Assembly: GCA_002722885.1 (NCBI GenBank)
Contig: PBNE01000018.1
Coordinates: 3,113-67,112, forward strand
From: Rhodospirillaceae bacterium
GTDB taxonomy: Bacteria; Pseudomonadota; Alphaproteobacteria; SP197
Length of the DNA stretch: 64,000 nucleotides
Direction: 5' to 3'
Position 1 is the first letter of the stretch, and each line of letters starts with the position of its first letter. The notes below the pieces were generated by a model. It had not been told where the DNA came from. It searched no databases and worked only from the letters and a program-made list of their open reading frames with translations. Below are positions 1-9,855 of the stretch, one piece after another. The position numbers were made by a program, and so were the translations under genes.

Positions 1-305
1 CCGGCAGCGATGCCTTTCGCAAGGCCTTCGAGCGCATCGTGATCCCGGCCCTGGATGGGTTCCGCCCTGAAATCGTCTTCATTTCGGCCGGTTTTGACGC
101 CCATGAGCGTGATCCTCTCGCCCAGATCAATCTTGTGGAAGAAGATTATGCCTGGGCGACCGATCAGCTTGTGGCCGTGGCGGATACACACGCGGAGGGA
201 CGCGTTGTCTCTGTGCTCGAAGGGGGTTATGACCTCTCAGCACTGGCATCCAGCGCAGCAGCCCATGTGGCGCGGCTGATGGCGGTAGGCAAAAAGGAAC
301 AGTGA
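1..305 (+). CDS. Histone deacetylase/acetoin-utilisation family protein, 3' end (5' part lies outside the window)
   Basis: The frame is open from base 3. It reads ...IVFISAGFDAHERDPL...VLEGGY, the C-terminal signature of the HDAC/AcuC family. The stop overlaps the xseB start. Confidence 0.85.
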   Translation, partial: GSDAFRKAFERIVIPALDGFRPEIVFISAGFDAHERDPLAQINLVEEDYAWATDQLVAVADTHAEGRVVSVLEGGYDLSALASSAAAHVARLMAVGKKEQ

Positions 306-556
306 TGAGCAAAGCGGCCAAACACGACGATATCAAGGCCATGAGTTTCGAAGACGCCATGGCCGAACTCGAAGCTATCGTGGGACGCCTTGAGAGCGGC
401 GAAGCCAAACTCGACGACGCAATCGGCGCCTACGAACGTGGAGCCGCCCTGAAGCAGCACTGCGAAGCAAAGTTGCGCGAAGCCCAGGACAAGGTCGAGA
501 AGATCCGCCTGAACGCTGATGGCGGTGTCGAGGCAGAGCTGACGGAGATTGCATGA
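302..556 (+). CDS. xseB: Exodeoxyribonuclease VII small subunit
   Basis: About 83 aa with FEDAMAELEAIVGRLESGEAKLDDAI..YERG, the typical XseB helix. Start is GTG 302 or ATG 305. Conserved xseB-ispA-dxs synteny. Confidence 0.9.
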   Translation: MMSKAAKHDDIKAMSFEDAMAELEAIVGRLESGEAKLDDAIGAYERGAALKQHCEAKLREAQDKVEKIRLNADGGVEAELTEIA

Positions 557-1464
557 GCGTCGCCACCCTGGAACGCTCGGTCGATATCTCTGAAAGCCTC
601 AGTGCCACAGCACAGAAGGTCGAAGCGATGCTGGACCGGCTGTTGCCTCGTGGGGAGGGTCCTGAACGTCCTCTTCTGGAAGCCATGCGCTACGCATGTC
701 TCAACGGCGGCAAGCGACTGCGTCCCTATCTGACGGTCTGCACCGCGCACCTGTTCGATGTGGATGACGAACGTGCCTATCGGACAGCAGCGGCAGTGGA
801 AATGCTGCATTGCTATTCGCTGGTTCATGACGATCTGCCGGCCATGGATGACGACGAGCTTCGTCGGGGCCGGCCGACCTGCCATATCGCTTTCGATGAA
901 GCCACGGCCATCCTGTCGGGCGATGCCTTGTTGACCCTGGCCTTTGATGTCATGGTCGACGACGCGACCCATCACGATGCCGCCGTACGCATTGACCTGG
1001 TTCGCGGCCTGACCGAGGCTGCGGGCGCCCATGGCATGGTCGCGGGGCAGATGATCGATCTGGCCGTCGAGCACTGCGCCGTCGACGAACATACCGTGCA
1101 ACGCCTGCAGGCACTGAAAACCGGAGCCCTGATCACCTATTCCGCTGAAGCCGGGGCGATTTTGGGCGAGGCAGACCCTGATCAGCGCGAAGCGATCTTG
1201 TCCTACGGCCGCGATGTCGGCTTTGCCTTCCAGATCATCGATGATCTCCTCGACGAGGAAGGCGATCAGGACGCCATGGGCAAGGCTGTCGGCAAAGACG
1301 CCGCAGCCGGTAAAGCCACCTTGGTCGGCGTGTTGGGCCGGGACGCGGCCCGCGCCAAGGCCGAAGCGCTTTCGGACAGAGCCATTGCATCCCTTGAAAC
1401 ATTCGGCGAGGCTGCCGAACTCCTGCGAGAGGTGGCGCGCTTCATCGTTGCCCGCAGGTCGTGA
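553..1464 (+). CDS. ispA: Polyprenyl (farnesyl/geranylgeranyl) diphosphate synthase
   Basis: Two Asp-rich motifs ([20 protein letters not shown] and FQIIDDLLD). ATGA overlap with the xseB stop. Confidence 0.9.
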   Translation: MSVATLERSVDISESLSATAQKVEAMLDRLLPRGEGPERPLLEAMRYACLNGGKRLRPYLTVCTAHLFDVDDERAYRTAAAVEMLHCYSLVHDDLPAMDDDELRRGRPTCHIAFDEATAILSGDALLTLAFDVMVDDATHHDAAVRIDLVRGLTEAAGAHGMVAGQMIDLAVEHCAVDEHTVQRLQALKTGALITYSAEAGAILGEADPDQREAILSYGRDVGFAFQIIDDLLDEEGDQDAMGKAVGKDAAAGKATLVGVLGRDAARAKAEALSDRAIASLETFGEAAELLREVARFIVARRS

Positions 1465-1483
1465 GCGCAGGAGCCCTGTTTCG

Positions 1484-3406
1484 GTGACAATCTCAAACTC
1501 AACCCCGCTTCTGGACCGCATCAAGGCTCCCGCCGACATGCGCGACCTCTCACCTGAGGAACTGCGCCAGCTTGCTGATGAGCTGCGTCGGGAGACTATT
1601 GACGCTGTCTCCACGACCGGCGGGCATCTCGGTGCCGGCCTGGGTGTGGTGGAACTGACGGTGGCAATCCATCACGTCTTCGAGACGCCACACGACCGGT
1701 TGATCTGGGATGTCGGACACCAGTGTTATCCGCACAAGATCCTTACCGGGCGCCGCGACCGTATCCGTACCCTGCGCCAGAAAGGCGGGCTGTCGGGATT
1801 CACCAAACGGGCCGAAAGCGAGTATGACCCGTTCGGGGCGGCACACAGCTCCACCTCGATCTCCGCCGGCCTGGGCATGGCGGTGGCTCGTGACCTCAAG
1901 GGTGAGCGACGCGAGGTCATCAGTGTTATCGGTGACGGCTCGATGTCGGCCGGCATGGCCTATGAAGCCATGAACAATGCCGGTGCGCGCGATTGCCGCC
2001 TGATCGTAATCCTGAACGACAATGACATGTCGATTGCTCCGCCCGTGGGTGCCATGAGTGCCTATCTGGCACGGGTGCTCTCGTCTGACACCTATCGCTC
2101 GGCGCGACATATGGCAAAGGAGATCGCCTCTCGGTTCCCGCGCACGGTCGAAACGGCCGCCAAGCGTTTTGAAGAGTATGCCCGCGGCATTGTCACCGGT
2201 GGCACTCTGTTCGAAGAGCTCGGCTTCTACTACATCGGCCCGATTGACGGCCACAATCTGGATCACTTGGTTCCGATTCTGAAGAACCTGCGCGACACCG
2301 ATGAAGACCGCCCTGTCCTGATCCATTGTGTAACGCAGAAGGGCAAAGGTTACGACCCAGCCGAGAAGGCTGACGACAAGTACCACGGCGTCGCCAAATT
2401 CGACGTGATCACCGGCACGCAATCCAAGCCGACGCCCAAAGCTCCGAGCTACACCAATGTTTTCGCCAAGGCCCTGATCGCCGAAGCCGAAGTGGATGAC
2501 CGCATCTGCGCGATCACTGCGGCGATGCCATCGGGCACCGGCGTCGACAAGTTCGCCAAGGCCTTCCCGGACCGTGCCTTCGATGTCGGCATCGCCGAAC
2601 AGCATGGCGTGACCTTTGCGGCAGGTCTCGCCTGCGAAGGCTACAAGCCATTCGCGGCTATCTATTCAACCTTCCTGCAGCGCGCCTACGATCAGGTCGT
2701 CCACGACGTCGCCATCCAGCGAATGCCGGTCCGGTTCGCCATAGATCGCGCCGGCCTTGTCGGTGCAGACGGCCCGACTCATGCGGGCTCGTTCGATGTC
2801 ACCTATCTCGCCACCCTGCCCGGTTTCGTGACCATGGCTGCGGCCGACGAGCTTGAGCTGATGCACATGGTGGCAACCGCCGCCCAGATCGATGACCGCC
2901 CTTCGGCCGTGCGCTATCCGCGCGGTGAAGGCGTAGGATTGGAGCTTCCCGAACGTGGTACTCCCATCGAACTCGGAAAGGGGCGAGTCATGAGGGAAGG
3001 AACCACGATTGCCATGCTGTCGCTGGGCACACGGCTTCAGGAGTGCATGGAGGCCGCCGACGAACTGGCGGCTCGCGGCCTGTCGACGACCGTGGCCGAC
3101 GCCCGCTTCTGTACGCCTCTCGACACCGACCTGGTGACGCGCCTGGCGCGCGAGCATGAGGTGCTGATCACAGTCGAAGAAGGTTCGATCGGCGGGTTCT
3201 CATCGCATGTCCTCGACCATCTCACCCGGAATGATCTTCTAGAGAACGGCCTGAAGGTCCGTCCCATGATCCTGCCGGCGACGTTCATCGATCAGGCCAA
3301 GCCTGACGACATGTACGATGCCGCGGGTCTCAACGCCCCGCAGATTGTCGAAACGGCTCTCACGGCACTTGGCAGGGACACTTCGGAAACACCGGCACGC
3401 GCCTGA
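1484..3406 (+). CDS. dxs: 1-deoxy-D-xylulose-5-phosphate synthase
   Basis: N-terminus [29 protein letters not shown], a GDG..AG..YEA.N ThDP motif, and about 640 aa from GTG 1484. The upstream part of the listed 730-aa ORF overlaps ispA and is not coding. Confidence 0.93.
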   Translation: MTISNSTPLLDRIKAPADMRDLSPEELRQLADELRRETIDAVSTTGGHLGAGLGVVELTVAIHHVFETPHDRLIWDVGHQCYPHKILTGRRDRIRTLRQKGGLSGFTKRAESEYDPFGAAHSSTSISAGLGMAVARDLKGERREVISVIGDGSMSAGMAYEAMNNAGARDCRLIVILNDNDMSIAPPVGAMSAYLARVLSSDTYRSARHMAKEIASRFPRTVETAAKRFEEYARGIVTGGTLFEELGFYYIGPIDGHNLDHLVPILKNLRDTDEDRPVLIHCVTQKGKGYDPAEKADDKYHGVAKFDVITGTQSKPTPKAPSYTNVFAKALIAEAEVDDRICAITAAMPSGTGVDKFAKAFPDRAFDVGIAEQHGVTFAAGLACEGYKPFAAIYSTFLQRAYDQVVHDVAIQRMPVRFAIDRAGLVGADGPTHAGSFDVTYLATLPGFVTMAAADELELMHMVATAAQIDDRPSAVRYPRGEGVGLELPERGTPIELGKGRVMREGTTIAMLSLGTRLQECMEAADELAARGLSTTVADARFCTPLDTDLVTRLAREHEVLITVEEGSIGGFSSHVLDHLTRNDLLENGLKVRPMILPATFIDQAKPDDMYDAAGLNAPQIVETALTALGRDTSETPARA

Positions 3407-3422
3407 GCGCGGAGACGGACCG

Positions 3423-3908
3423 ATGTTTTTTGCCAAGCTCCTGAGCCGGGCCGTTTTGCTTGTGGCGGCCATCACTGTTCTTGCGCCGCACTCCCGCGCC
3501 GAAAACGGCATCTTCAACCTCTCCGAAGTCGATTGCCTGACTCTCAACATGTACTGGGAAGCTCGCGGCGAAGGCGAGGTCGGCCTGCGTGCGGTGGCTC
3601 ACGTCACCCTCAACAGAGTAAGGAGCTTACTGTTTCCGGATTCTATCTGTGACGTCGTTGCCCAGGGTGGTCAGAATGCTCAGGGCGGGGCGTGCCAGTT
3701 CAGCTGGTGGTGTGACGGTCTCGATGACTGGCCCTACGACATGCGCATGTGGCGGGCGTCCCACACCATCGCACGCAAGGTCATGCTTGGGCGGGACAGC
3801 GATCCTACCAGCGGCGCACTCTGGTACCATGCGGACTATGTCATCCCCTACTGGGCTGACGATTACATACAAACCGTTCAGATCGGGCCGCACATCTTCT
3901 ATCGTTGA
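3423..3908 (+). CDS. Cell-wall hydrolase, SleB-domain family, with signal peptide
   Basis: N-terminal hydrophobic leader (MFFAKLLSRAVLLVAAITVLA). Motifs CLTLNMYWEARGE..VAHVTLNRV and CQFSWWCDG are typical of the Hydrolase_2/SleB domain. Confidence 0.8.
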   Translation: MFFAKLLSRAVLLVAAITVLAPHSRAENGIFNLSEVDCLTLNMYWEARGEGEVGLRAVAHVTLNRVRSLLFPDSICDVVAQGGQNAQGGACQFSWWCDGLDDWPYDMRMWRASHTIARKVMLGRDSDPTSGALWYHADYVIPYWADDYIQTVQIGPHIFYR

Positions 3909-3911
3909 ACG

Positions 3912-4661
3912 ATGGCAACGGTGAAGCGCAAACGGATCGACCAGCTTCTTGTCCAGCGTGGTCTGGCCGAGAGCCGCACGCGTGCCCAGGCTCTGATCAT
4001 GGCAGGTCTGGTGTTCACCGGCGAGACGCGAATCAACAAACCGGGCCAGCAGTTTGCCCCCGACATCAAAGTTGAGATTCGCGGACGTGACCACCCATGG
4101 GTCTCGCGTGGCGGACTGAAGCTGGATCACGCACTCGAACACTTCGGGATCGATGCCAGCGGTGCGATCGCGATTGACCTTGGCGCATCGACAGGCGGTT
4201 TCACGGATGTGCTCTTGAGCAGAGGCGCCGCCCATGTCACCGCCGTCGACGTCGGTCACGGCCAATTAGCCTGGTCTCTGCGTCAGGACACGCGCGTGAC
4301 GGTCCAGGAGAAAACCAACGTACGGACACTGGATGCGGAAAGTATCACAACACCGCCCACGCTCGTTGTCGGCGACCTTTCTTTCATTTCGCTGAAGGTC
4401 GCGCTTCCGGCATCATTGGCGCTCGCCGCACCTGGCGCGCATCTCGTTATGCTGATCAAACCGCAGTTCGAAGCAGGTCAGGACCAGGTCGGCAAGGGCG
4501 GCATCGTGCGTGACCCGGAGATCCATGACGCCGTCTGCACCGACATCTCAGACTGGCTCTGCAACGACGCCGGCTGGGCCGTGCTCGGCATCACCGACAG
4601 CCCCGTGACAGGCGCCGACGGCAACCGGGAGTTCCTGATCGCCGCGCAAAAAAACAGTTAA
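3912..4661 (+). CDS. tlyA: TlyA-family rRNA 2'-O-methyltransferase (haemolysin A-like)
   Basis: S4-like N-terminus (RIDQLLVQRGLAESRTRAQALIMAG.V) followed by the FtsJ-type SAM motif DLGASTGGFTDVLL. Confidence 0.85.
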   Translation: MATVKRKRIDQLLVQRGLAESRTRAQALIMAGLVFTGETRINKPGQQFAPDIKVEIRGRDHPWVSRGGLKLDHALEHFGIDASGAIAIDLGASTGGFTDVLLSRGAAHVTAVDVGHGQLAWSLRQDTRVTVQEKTNVRTLDAESITTPPTLVVGDLSFISLKVALPASLALAAPGAHLVMLIKPQFEAGQDQVGKGGIVRDPEIHDAVCTDISDWLCNDAGWAVLGITDSPVTGADGNREFLIAAQKNS

Positions 4662-4668
4662 GCGGTCA

Positions 4669-5514
4669 CTATCGCGCGACCGGCCCCGCCTTTTCGTTCT
4701 CGTTGTACATCATGAACACGGAGATCAGAATCAGGGCGATCGAGACAACGACGATGATCGTGCCGATGGCGTTGATCTCCGGGGTGATGCCACGCCGGAT
4801 GACCGACCAGATGTACATCGGCAAGGTGTTGTCGCGACCGGTCAGGAAGAAGGTGACCGGAATCTCATCGAACGAAAGCGTGAACGAAATCAAAGACGAG
4901 CCGATGATCGCAGAACGGATGTTCGGCAGGGTAACGAACCAGAAGGTCTGAAGCGGGGTCGCGCCAAGATCAGCCGATGCCTCTTCGACACGGCGATCGA
5001 ACCGCTGAAGCCGTGCAAAAACATTGGTGACGACAATCGCGGTCAGTGCTGTCCCATGGCCGATGATGACGGTCCAGATGCTGAGGTCGACACCCACCGA
5101 ACGGAAAAAGGTCAGCATCGACACGCCCGTGATCAGACCGGGCAGCGTAATCGGCAGGATCACCAGACGACGGAACACGGTCTTGCCCGGAAAGTCGTAA
5201 CGATCGAGCGCAAGAGCTGTGGGAATGCCGATGGCAAGACAGATCACCACGGCGAACGAACCTACGAACACGGAGTTCCAGAGGGCATCCATGAGGTCGG
5301 AATTGCCCAACGCTTTCGTATACCAGTCGAACGTGAAGCTCTCGAGCGGCAGGCGGGTGATGCTGTTCGAGTTGAAGCTGAAGATGATCAGCGTGACGAT
5401 CGGCGTGTAGAGGAACGCCAGCACGCACATCGCAGCCACGCCAAGTCCCGTTGTGCCCACATCCATGGGCCGCTTGCGGGGATCTGCGCCATTCATGCTT
5501 GTGACAGCCATCAT
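4669..5514 (-). CDS. ABC transporter permease (PotC/PotI-like, polyamine/amine importer)
   Basis: Six hydrophobic segments and the EAA-loop-like sequence EEASADLGATPLQTFWFVTLP. Last gene of a binding protein-ATPase-permease-permease operon. Confidence 0.85.
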   Translation of the reverse strand: MMAVTSMNGADPRKRPMDVGTTGLGVAAMCVLAFLYTPIVTLIIFSFNSNSITRLPLESFTFDWYTKALGNSDLMDALWNSVFVGSFAVVICLAIGIPTALALDRYDFPGKTVFRRLVILPITLPGLITGVSMLTFFRSVGVDLSIWTVIIGHGTALTAIVVTNVFARLQRFDRRVEEASADLGATPLQTFWFVTLPNIRSAIIGSSLISFTLSFDEIPVTFFLTGRDNTLPMYIWSVIRRGITPEINAIGTIIVVVSIALILISVFMMYNENEKAGPVAR

Positions 5515-5520
5515 CTATCC

Positions 5521-6390
5521 CTAACCCATGTTGAGCCGGCCGACACGCTCAAGCTTGTCGGAGGCCGTGATGATTCCAAGAACAATAAACAGCAGAACGA
5601 CACCCAGCGCCGAACCGAGCGGCCAGTTCATGGCCATGCCGAATTGTGTCGCCACAACGTTGGCAATCATGTTCGAGTACGGCCCCCCGACCAGGACCGG
5701 CGAGATGAAGTCACCGATCGACAGGCCGAAGGTGAAGGTGAAGCCAGCCAGCACGCCCGGCATTGAGAGCGGCAAGGTAATCTTCAGGAAGGTCCGGAAT
5801 CGCGGTGCACCGAGATCCTTTGACGCCTCAATCAGGCTCTTCGGGATTTTCTCGAGCGACGCGTAGATCGGCATCACCATGAAGGGTGTGAAGATGTAGG
5901 CCATGGTGATGATCATGGCACCCTGATTGTAGAGAAAGATCGTTGACGGCTCGTCGATGATCCCGATCCACATCAGGAACGAATTCAGGATGCCCTCGCT
6001 GCCCAGAATAGTCTTCCAGGTGTAGGCACGCAGCAGGTAGCTCACCCACAGCGGTACGATCGTCGCGGTATAAAGAAAGAGCTGCAGGCGGCCCGAACGC
6101 ATCTTGAAGGCCAGGAAGTACGCCAGAGGATAACTCAGCAGGAAGGCCGTGACAGAGACCGCAAGTGAGATCCAGAGGCTGCGGAACAGCACGGTGTAGT
6201 ACTGCGAATCCTCAAGAAGCGCCGCGTAGTTGCCGAACTGGAAGTCCGGCACGTGAAACGGAAACTGGCGCGAGTAGAAGCTGATCGCCAACATGATGAG
6301 ATAGGGCACCAGAAGAACGGTGCCCCACCACAGGGCCGGTCCTGAAAACAGGGCCCAGAAGTTGAAGATGCGGCGAGACTTGTGTTTCAT
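5521..6390 (-). CDS. ABC transporter permease (PotB/PotH-like)
   Basis: Polytopic membrane protein with the EAA loop IEASKDLGAPRFRTFLKITLP. 4-nt overlap with the upstream ATPase gene. Confidence 0.85.
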   Translation of the reverse strand: MKHKSRRIFNFWALFSGPALWWGTVLLVPYLIMLAISFYSRQFPFHVPDFQFGNYAALLEDSQYYTVLFRSLWISLAVSVTAFLLSYPLAYFLAFKMRSGRLQLFLYTATIVPLWVSYLLRAYTWKTILGSEGILNSFLMWIGIIDEPSTIFLYNQGAMIITMAYIFTPFMVMPIYASLEKIPKSLIEASKDLGAPRFRTFLKITLPLSMPGVLAGFTFTFGLSIGDFISPVLVGGPYSNMIANVVATQFGMAMNWPLGSALGVVLLFIVLGIITASDKLERVGRLNMG

Positions 6391-7517
6391 GCTGCGGCCT
6401 CTTCGGCCTCGATAGCCGCCACCTCGGCCGTGTCGAACAGCCGGACCGTGTCGGCGCGTACCGAACAGGTCACCGTGGCACCGACACCCGGAAGGCCCGC
6501 TTCGTTGAGACCGGTATCAAGCTGGTGATGCACCATGACCGGACGGTCGGCCCCGACGTCGAGATCAATGCGTACGGCATTGCCACTGAAAAACAGCTCC
6601 TTCACCACGCCTGAGAATGTGCTGGCACCGTCCGATGCAGCGGCATCCCTGGCGAGCTTGATTTTCTCTGGCCGAATGAAGAGGGACCGCACAGCCCCGT
6701 CATCGACGTTGCCTTCAGCGCCATCAACCTTGATTTCCATATCGCCTGCCCGGGCGATCAACCCTGCAGCGCTCCTGGTGATTGAAGCTGGTATCATGTT
6801 CGAAGCGCCCAGGAACTCGGCCACATAGGCTGTCTCGGGCCGGTCGTAGAGTTCCGTGGCCAAGCCGATCTGCTCGATCGCGCCAGCGCGCATGACCATG
6901 ATCCGATCAGACATGATCATCGCTTCAGTCTGATCATGGGTAACCATGATGAACGTGATTCCGACCCGGTCATGAATGTGGCGCAGTTCAACCTGCATGG
7001 TTTCCTTCAGCTTGGCATCGAGCGCGGACATCGGCTCGTCCAGCAGAAGGACACGCGGGCTGTTGATCAGGGCACGGGCTAGCGCAATGCGCTGGCGTTG
7101 CCCGATCGAAAGCTGCGACGGCATACGGTCAGCCATCAGGGGCAACTCGATCATGTCGAGCATGCCGCGCACGCGCTCTTCAACCTCGGCGCGGCTGACA
7201 CCTGCGATCTTGAGGCCGTAGCCGATGTTCTCGGCCGACGACATGTGGGGAAAAAGGGCAAAGTCCTGGAACATCATGTTCACGGGGCGGCGGAACGGCG
7301 GGTCATCGGTGATGTCCTTGCCATCCAGAAGAATCGAGCCGCTGTCGGGATAATCGAACCCACCGATCATACGCAGGGTCGTCGTCTTGCCACAGCCGGA
7401 CGGGCCGAGCATCGTCAGGAATTCGCCTTCGCTGATGTCGAGTGAGACATCGTCGACAGCGACAACGCCGCCGCGGAAAGTCTTCGTGATGTTGCTCAGT
7501 TCAAGGATGTTGGTCAT
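6387..7517 (-). CDS. ABC transporter ATP-binding protein (PotA-like, with C-terminal TOBE-like domain)
   Basis: Walker A GPSGCGKTT, signature LSIGQRQRIALARAL, Walker B LLLDEP. Confidence 0.9.
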   Translation of the reverse strand: MTNILELSNITKTFRGGVVAVDDVSLDISEGEFLTMLGPSGCGKTTTLRMIGGFDYPDSGSILLDGKDITDDPPFRRPVNMMFQDFALFPHMSSAENIGYGLKIAGVSRAEVEERVRGMLDMIELPLMADRMPSQLSIGQRQRIALARALINSPRVLLLDEPMSALDAKLKETMQVELRHIHDRVGITFIMVTHDQTEAMIMSDRIMVMRAGAIEQIGLATELYDRPETAYVAEFLGASNMIPASITRSAAGLIARAGDMEIKVDGAEGNVDDGAVRSLFIRPEKIKLARDAAASDGASTFSGVVKELFFSGNAVRIDLDVGADRPVMVHHQLDTGLNEAGLPGVGATVTCSVRADTVRLFDTAEVAAIEAEEAAA

Positions 7518-7534
7518 CGCGCCGCGCCCGTGTT

Positions 7535-7589
7535 TCTAAAATCAAAAGGAAAAAGGAAGAGGGCCGGCTCAAACGTCGGAGCCGGCCCA
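7535..7589 (-). terminator. Intra-operon hairpin plus T-tract (attenuator/terminator) between the binding-protein and ATPase genes
   Basis: GGGCCGGCTC/GAGCCGGCCC 10-bp stem at 7561-7589. On the minus strand it is followed by TCTTCCTTTTTCCTTTTGATTTT. Confidence 0.55.
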
Positions 7590-7609
7590 CCTTACCAGTC
7601 AACAAGCGC

Positions 7610-8680
7610 TTACTGCGCAGCCTTCACGGCATTCCACGTGTTGATGTAGGCATCGACACGGGCGGGCTCCTCCCACAGGACGAGACCGTCGATGTAGGTG
7701 AAGTCGGACATGTTGAGCGCCATCATCTCGTCGTCCGTCAGGCAGGTCGACAGAGCAACGGGATTGGAACCGGAGTACCCGGTGACACCAACCACGCCAC
7801 ACTGGCCTTCAGCGCTGACCGAGAAGTTGAGCCACTGGTAGGCACAATCGTCGTTCGGCGAATCCTTGACGATCTGCCAAGCATCGGCCCAGCCATCGGC
7901 ATTTTCGACCGGGATGAACTCAATCATCTCGATGCCCTCGTCAGCCAGCAGAGCCGACTGATAACCACCCCAGGTGTTGGAGATGGTGACTTCGCCGTTG
8001 GCATAGAGGTTCACCAGCTCACCGGCGGTCGACCAGTACTTACGGATCGCAGGCTTGAGTTCGATCAGCTTGTCGCGCACGGCTGCGAGCTGGTCGTCGT
8101 CGAGATCATAAACGTTCACATCGGTGCCATAGATCATGCGGGCGACGATATAGATGTTGGTCTTGTCGTCCCAAAGGCTGATCTTGCCGTTCAGCGAATC
8201 GTCGCCCCAGAACTGAGCAATGCTGGTCGGCGCCACATCGAAGGAATCGGCGCGGTACATGAACGGAATGGCACCCCAAGTGTAGGGAACACCGTAGACA
8301 CCGCCGTCATAATTCACACCGACATGGCTGCTGAACTGCGGGAAGATGTCGTCCCAGCCTTCGATCCGGCTCGTGTCGATTTCTTCAACCAGACCGGCCT
8401 TCATCAGGATGGTCGTGGTGTCGACCGACGGCGAGACCAGGTCGTAGACACCGCCACCACCGGCCAGCTTGGCCGGGTATTCGTCGTTCGAGCCGACATA
8501 GGTCGGCGTCACGGTGCAGCCCGTCGCTTCTTCGAAGACTGACACGAAGCTCGGGTCGGTGTAACCCTCCCAGGTCAGAATGTTGAGTTCGCCCTCGGCC
8601 TGTGCTGCAGCAGCAAACCCGGTTGCGGCAAAAGCAGCGGCAGCGACCGCCGTACTCAACCTTTTGGTTATCAACTTCAT
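7610..8680 (-). CDS. Periplasmic substrate-binding protein (PotD/PotF-like extracellular solute-binding family 1)
   Basis: Signal peptide (AAAAFAATGFAAAAQA), about 330-aa mature protein, first gene of the ABC operon. GGAGGAG Shine-Dalgarno upstream. Confidence 0.85.
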   Translation of the reverse strand: MKLITKRLSTAVAAAAFAATGFAAAAQAEGELNILTWEGYTDPSFVSVFEEATGCTVTPTYVGSNDEYPAKLAGGGGVYDLVSPSVDTTTILMKAGLVEEIDTSRIEGWDDIFPQFSSHVGVNYDGGVYGVPYTWGAIPFMYRADSFDVAPTSIAQFWGDDSLNGKISLWDDKTNIYIVARMIYGTDVNVYDLDDDQLAAVRDKLIELKPAIRKYWSTAGELVNLYANGEVTISNTWGGYQSALLADEGIEMIEFIPVENADGWADAWQIVKDSPNDDCAYQWLNFSVSAEGQCGVVGVTGYSGSNPVALSTCLTDDEMMALNMSDFTYIDGLVLWEEPARVDAYINTWNAVKAAQ

Positions 8681-8973
8681 CGCTTTAAGACTCCTCCATT
8701 ACCCTGTTGTGTCCACCGTCCTCTTGGTGAGGTCGAGATGTTCCCTGACGGTGTTCGGTACGCACTTATCTTAACGCCGAACAGGTAGCGATGAAACGAC
8801 CCATTCCCCGCGAATTAGGGCTGGCCGGGGCGTCGAAGCCCGGATTCTTGGATTTCATGATCTTGATCATCAGCGATGACCCCGCTGGGTCTTCCGCACC
8901 ACGGTGCCGATATCAACACCCAGGGCCCGGGCGGTCGCTCGTTTGCTGCCGTGGCGGCGCACGGCATCTTCTA

Positions 8974-9840
8974 TCAGGCCGCCGCCATGTAGTCGTCGAT
9001 CCAGGGCGTCCGGTAGCCGTCCTCTGTCCACAGGATCGGGAAGTAGGCTTCATCCATGACCGGGTTACCGTCGTGGCGCATGTAGCGGCCATAGATCGGC
9101 CCGACGCCGATACCGATGTGTTCGGGAACGAACTTCGTTTCCGACGAGATGCAATGGACCACCAGAGAGCGCCGCGGGTTGTCGGACTGGTTCGGTCCGG
9201 AACCGTGCCACGTCAGGCCGTGGTGGAACGAGCCACCGCCCTTCTTGACCACGATGGGAACGATTTCAGCCTCCGCAATACCTTCCCGCTCCGCAGCCAT
9301 ACGCATGTATTTCTGGTAATCGTCCGGCCCGTGGAATTCACCTTCGGGCTTCGAAACGGCCCATTTGTGCGAGCCCTTCACGACTTCCATTGTGCCGCCG
9401 TTTGCCGCCGTGTCGTCGAGGGCAATCCAGCAGGACACCATCTCCTGCGGATTCATCCACGGCAGATAGGCTGCATCCTGATGCAGACCCAGGGACCGTG
9501 TACCGGCGGGTTTCCACAGAACATTGTCGACAAAGACGCGAGCGCCCGGCCAGCCGGCCAGTCGCGCGCAGGCCTTGCCGATATCAGCACGGAGCACCGT
9601 CCGGGCGACATCGTAATCACCCTTCCAGCCGCAGCAGATCTGACGGGTGAGAGACGGATCGCTCTTGCCTTCCTGCCAGTTGACCTCGTCCGGCAGAACG
9701 CCGGTCGCGAAGTCTCCGCTGAACATACGCTCATAGCTGCGACGCACCGTCTCAACAGTTGCATCGTCGATCATGCCATCATGAAAGACATAGCCATCAG
9801 CACGGAAACCATCGATCTGATCCTGTGTCAGTTCGAACAT
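8974..9840 (-). CDS. Phytanoyl-CoA dioxygenase (PhyH) family Fe(II)/2-oxoglutarate oxygenase
   Basis: N-terminal LTQDQIDGFRADGYV, an HQD facial-triad-like motif (LGLHQDAAY) and a distal H (WHGSGPN). Size and layout are typical of PhyH. Confidence 0.85.
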   Translation of the reverse strand: MFELTQDQIDGFRADGYVFHDGMIDDATVETVRRSYERMFSGDFATGVLPDEVNWQEGKSDPSLTRQICCGWKGDYDVARTVLRADIGKACARLAGWPGARVFVDNVLWKPAGTRSLGLHQDAAYLPWMNPQEMVSCWIALDDTAANGGTMEVVKGSHKWAVSKPEGEFHGPDDYQKYMRMAAEREGIAEAEIVPIVVKKGGGSFHHGLTWHGSGPNQSDNPRRSLVVHCISSETKFVPEHIGIGVGPIYGRYMRHDGNPVMDEAYFPILWTEDGYRTPWIDDYMAAA

Positions 9841-9855
9841 GTCGTCCTCCTTCGA

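Noticed and set aside
430-1614. 394-aa ORF on the minus strand opposite ispA. Similar long antisense ORFs lie opposite clear genes: 1550..2605, 10333..11367, 11391..12776, 20787..22181, 27598..29085, 31413..33257, 33973..34956, 35241..36302, 37459..38670, 38912..39868, 41633..42730, 44286..45233, 46429..47346, 51479..52528, 52696..54228, 57244..58674, 58404..59546.
   Set aside because: Each lies exactly antisense, or out of frame, to a gene with unmistakable family motifs. Their translations are Arg/Gly/Ala/His/Pro-rich with no recognisable motif, which is the usual shadow-ORF artefact of high-GC DNA.
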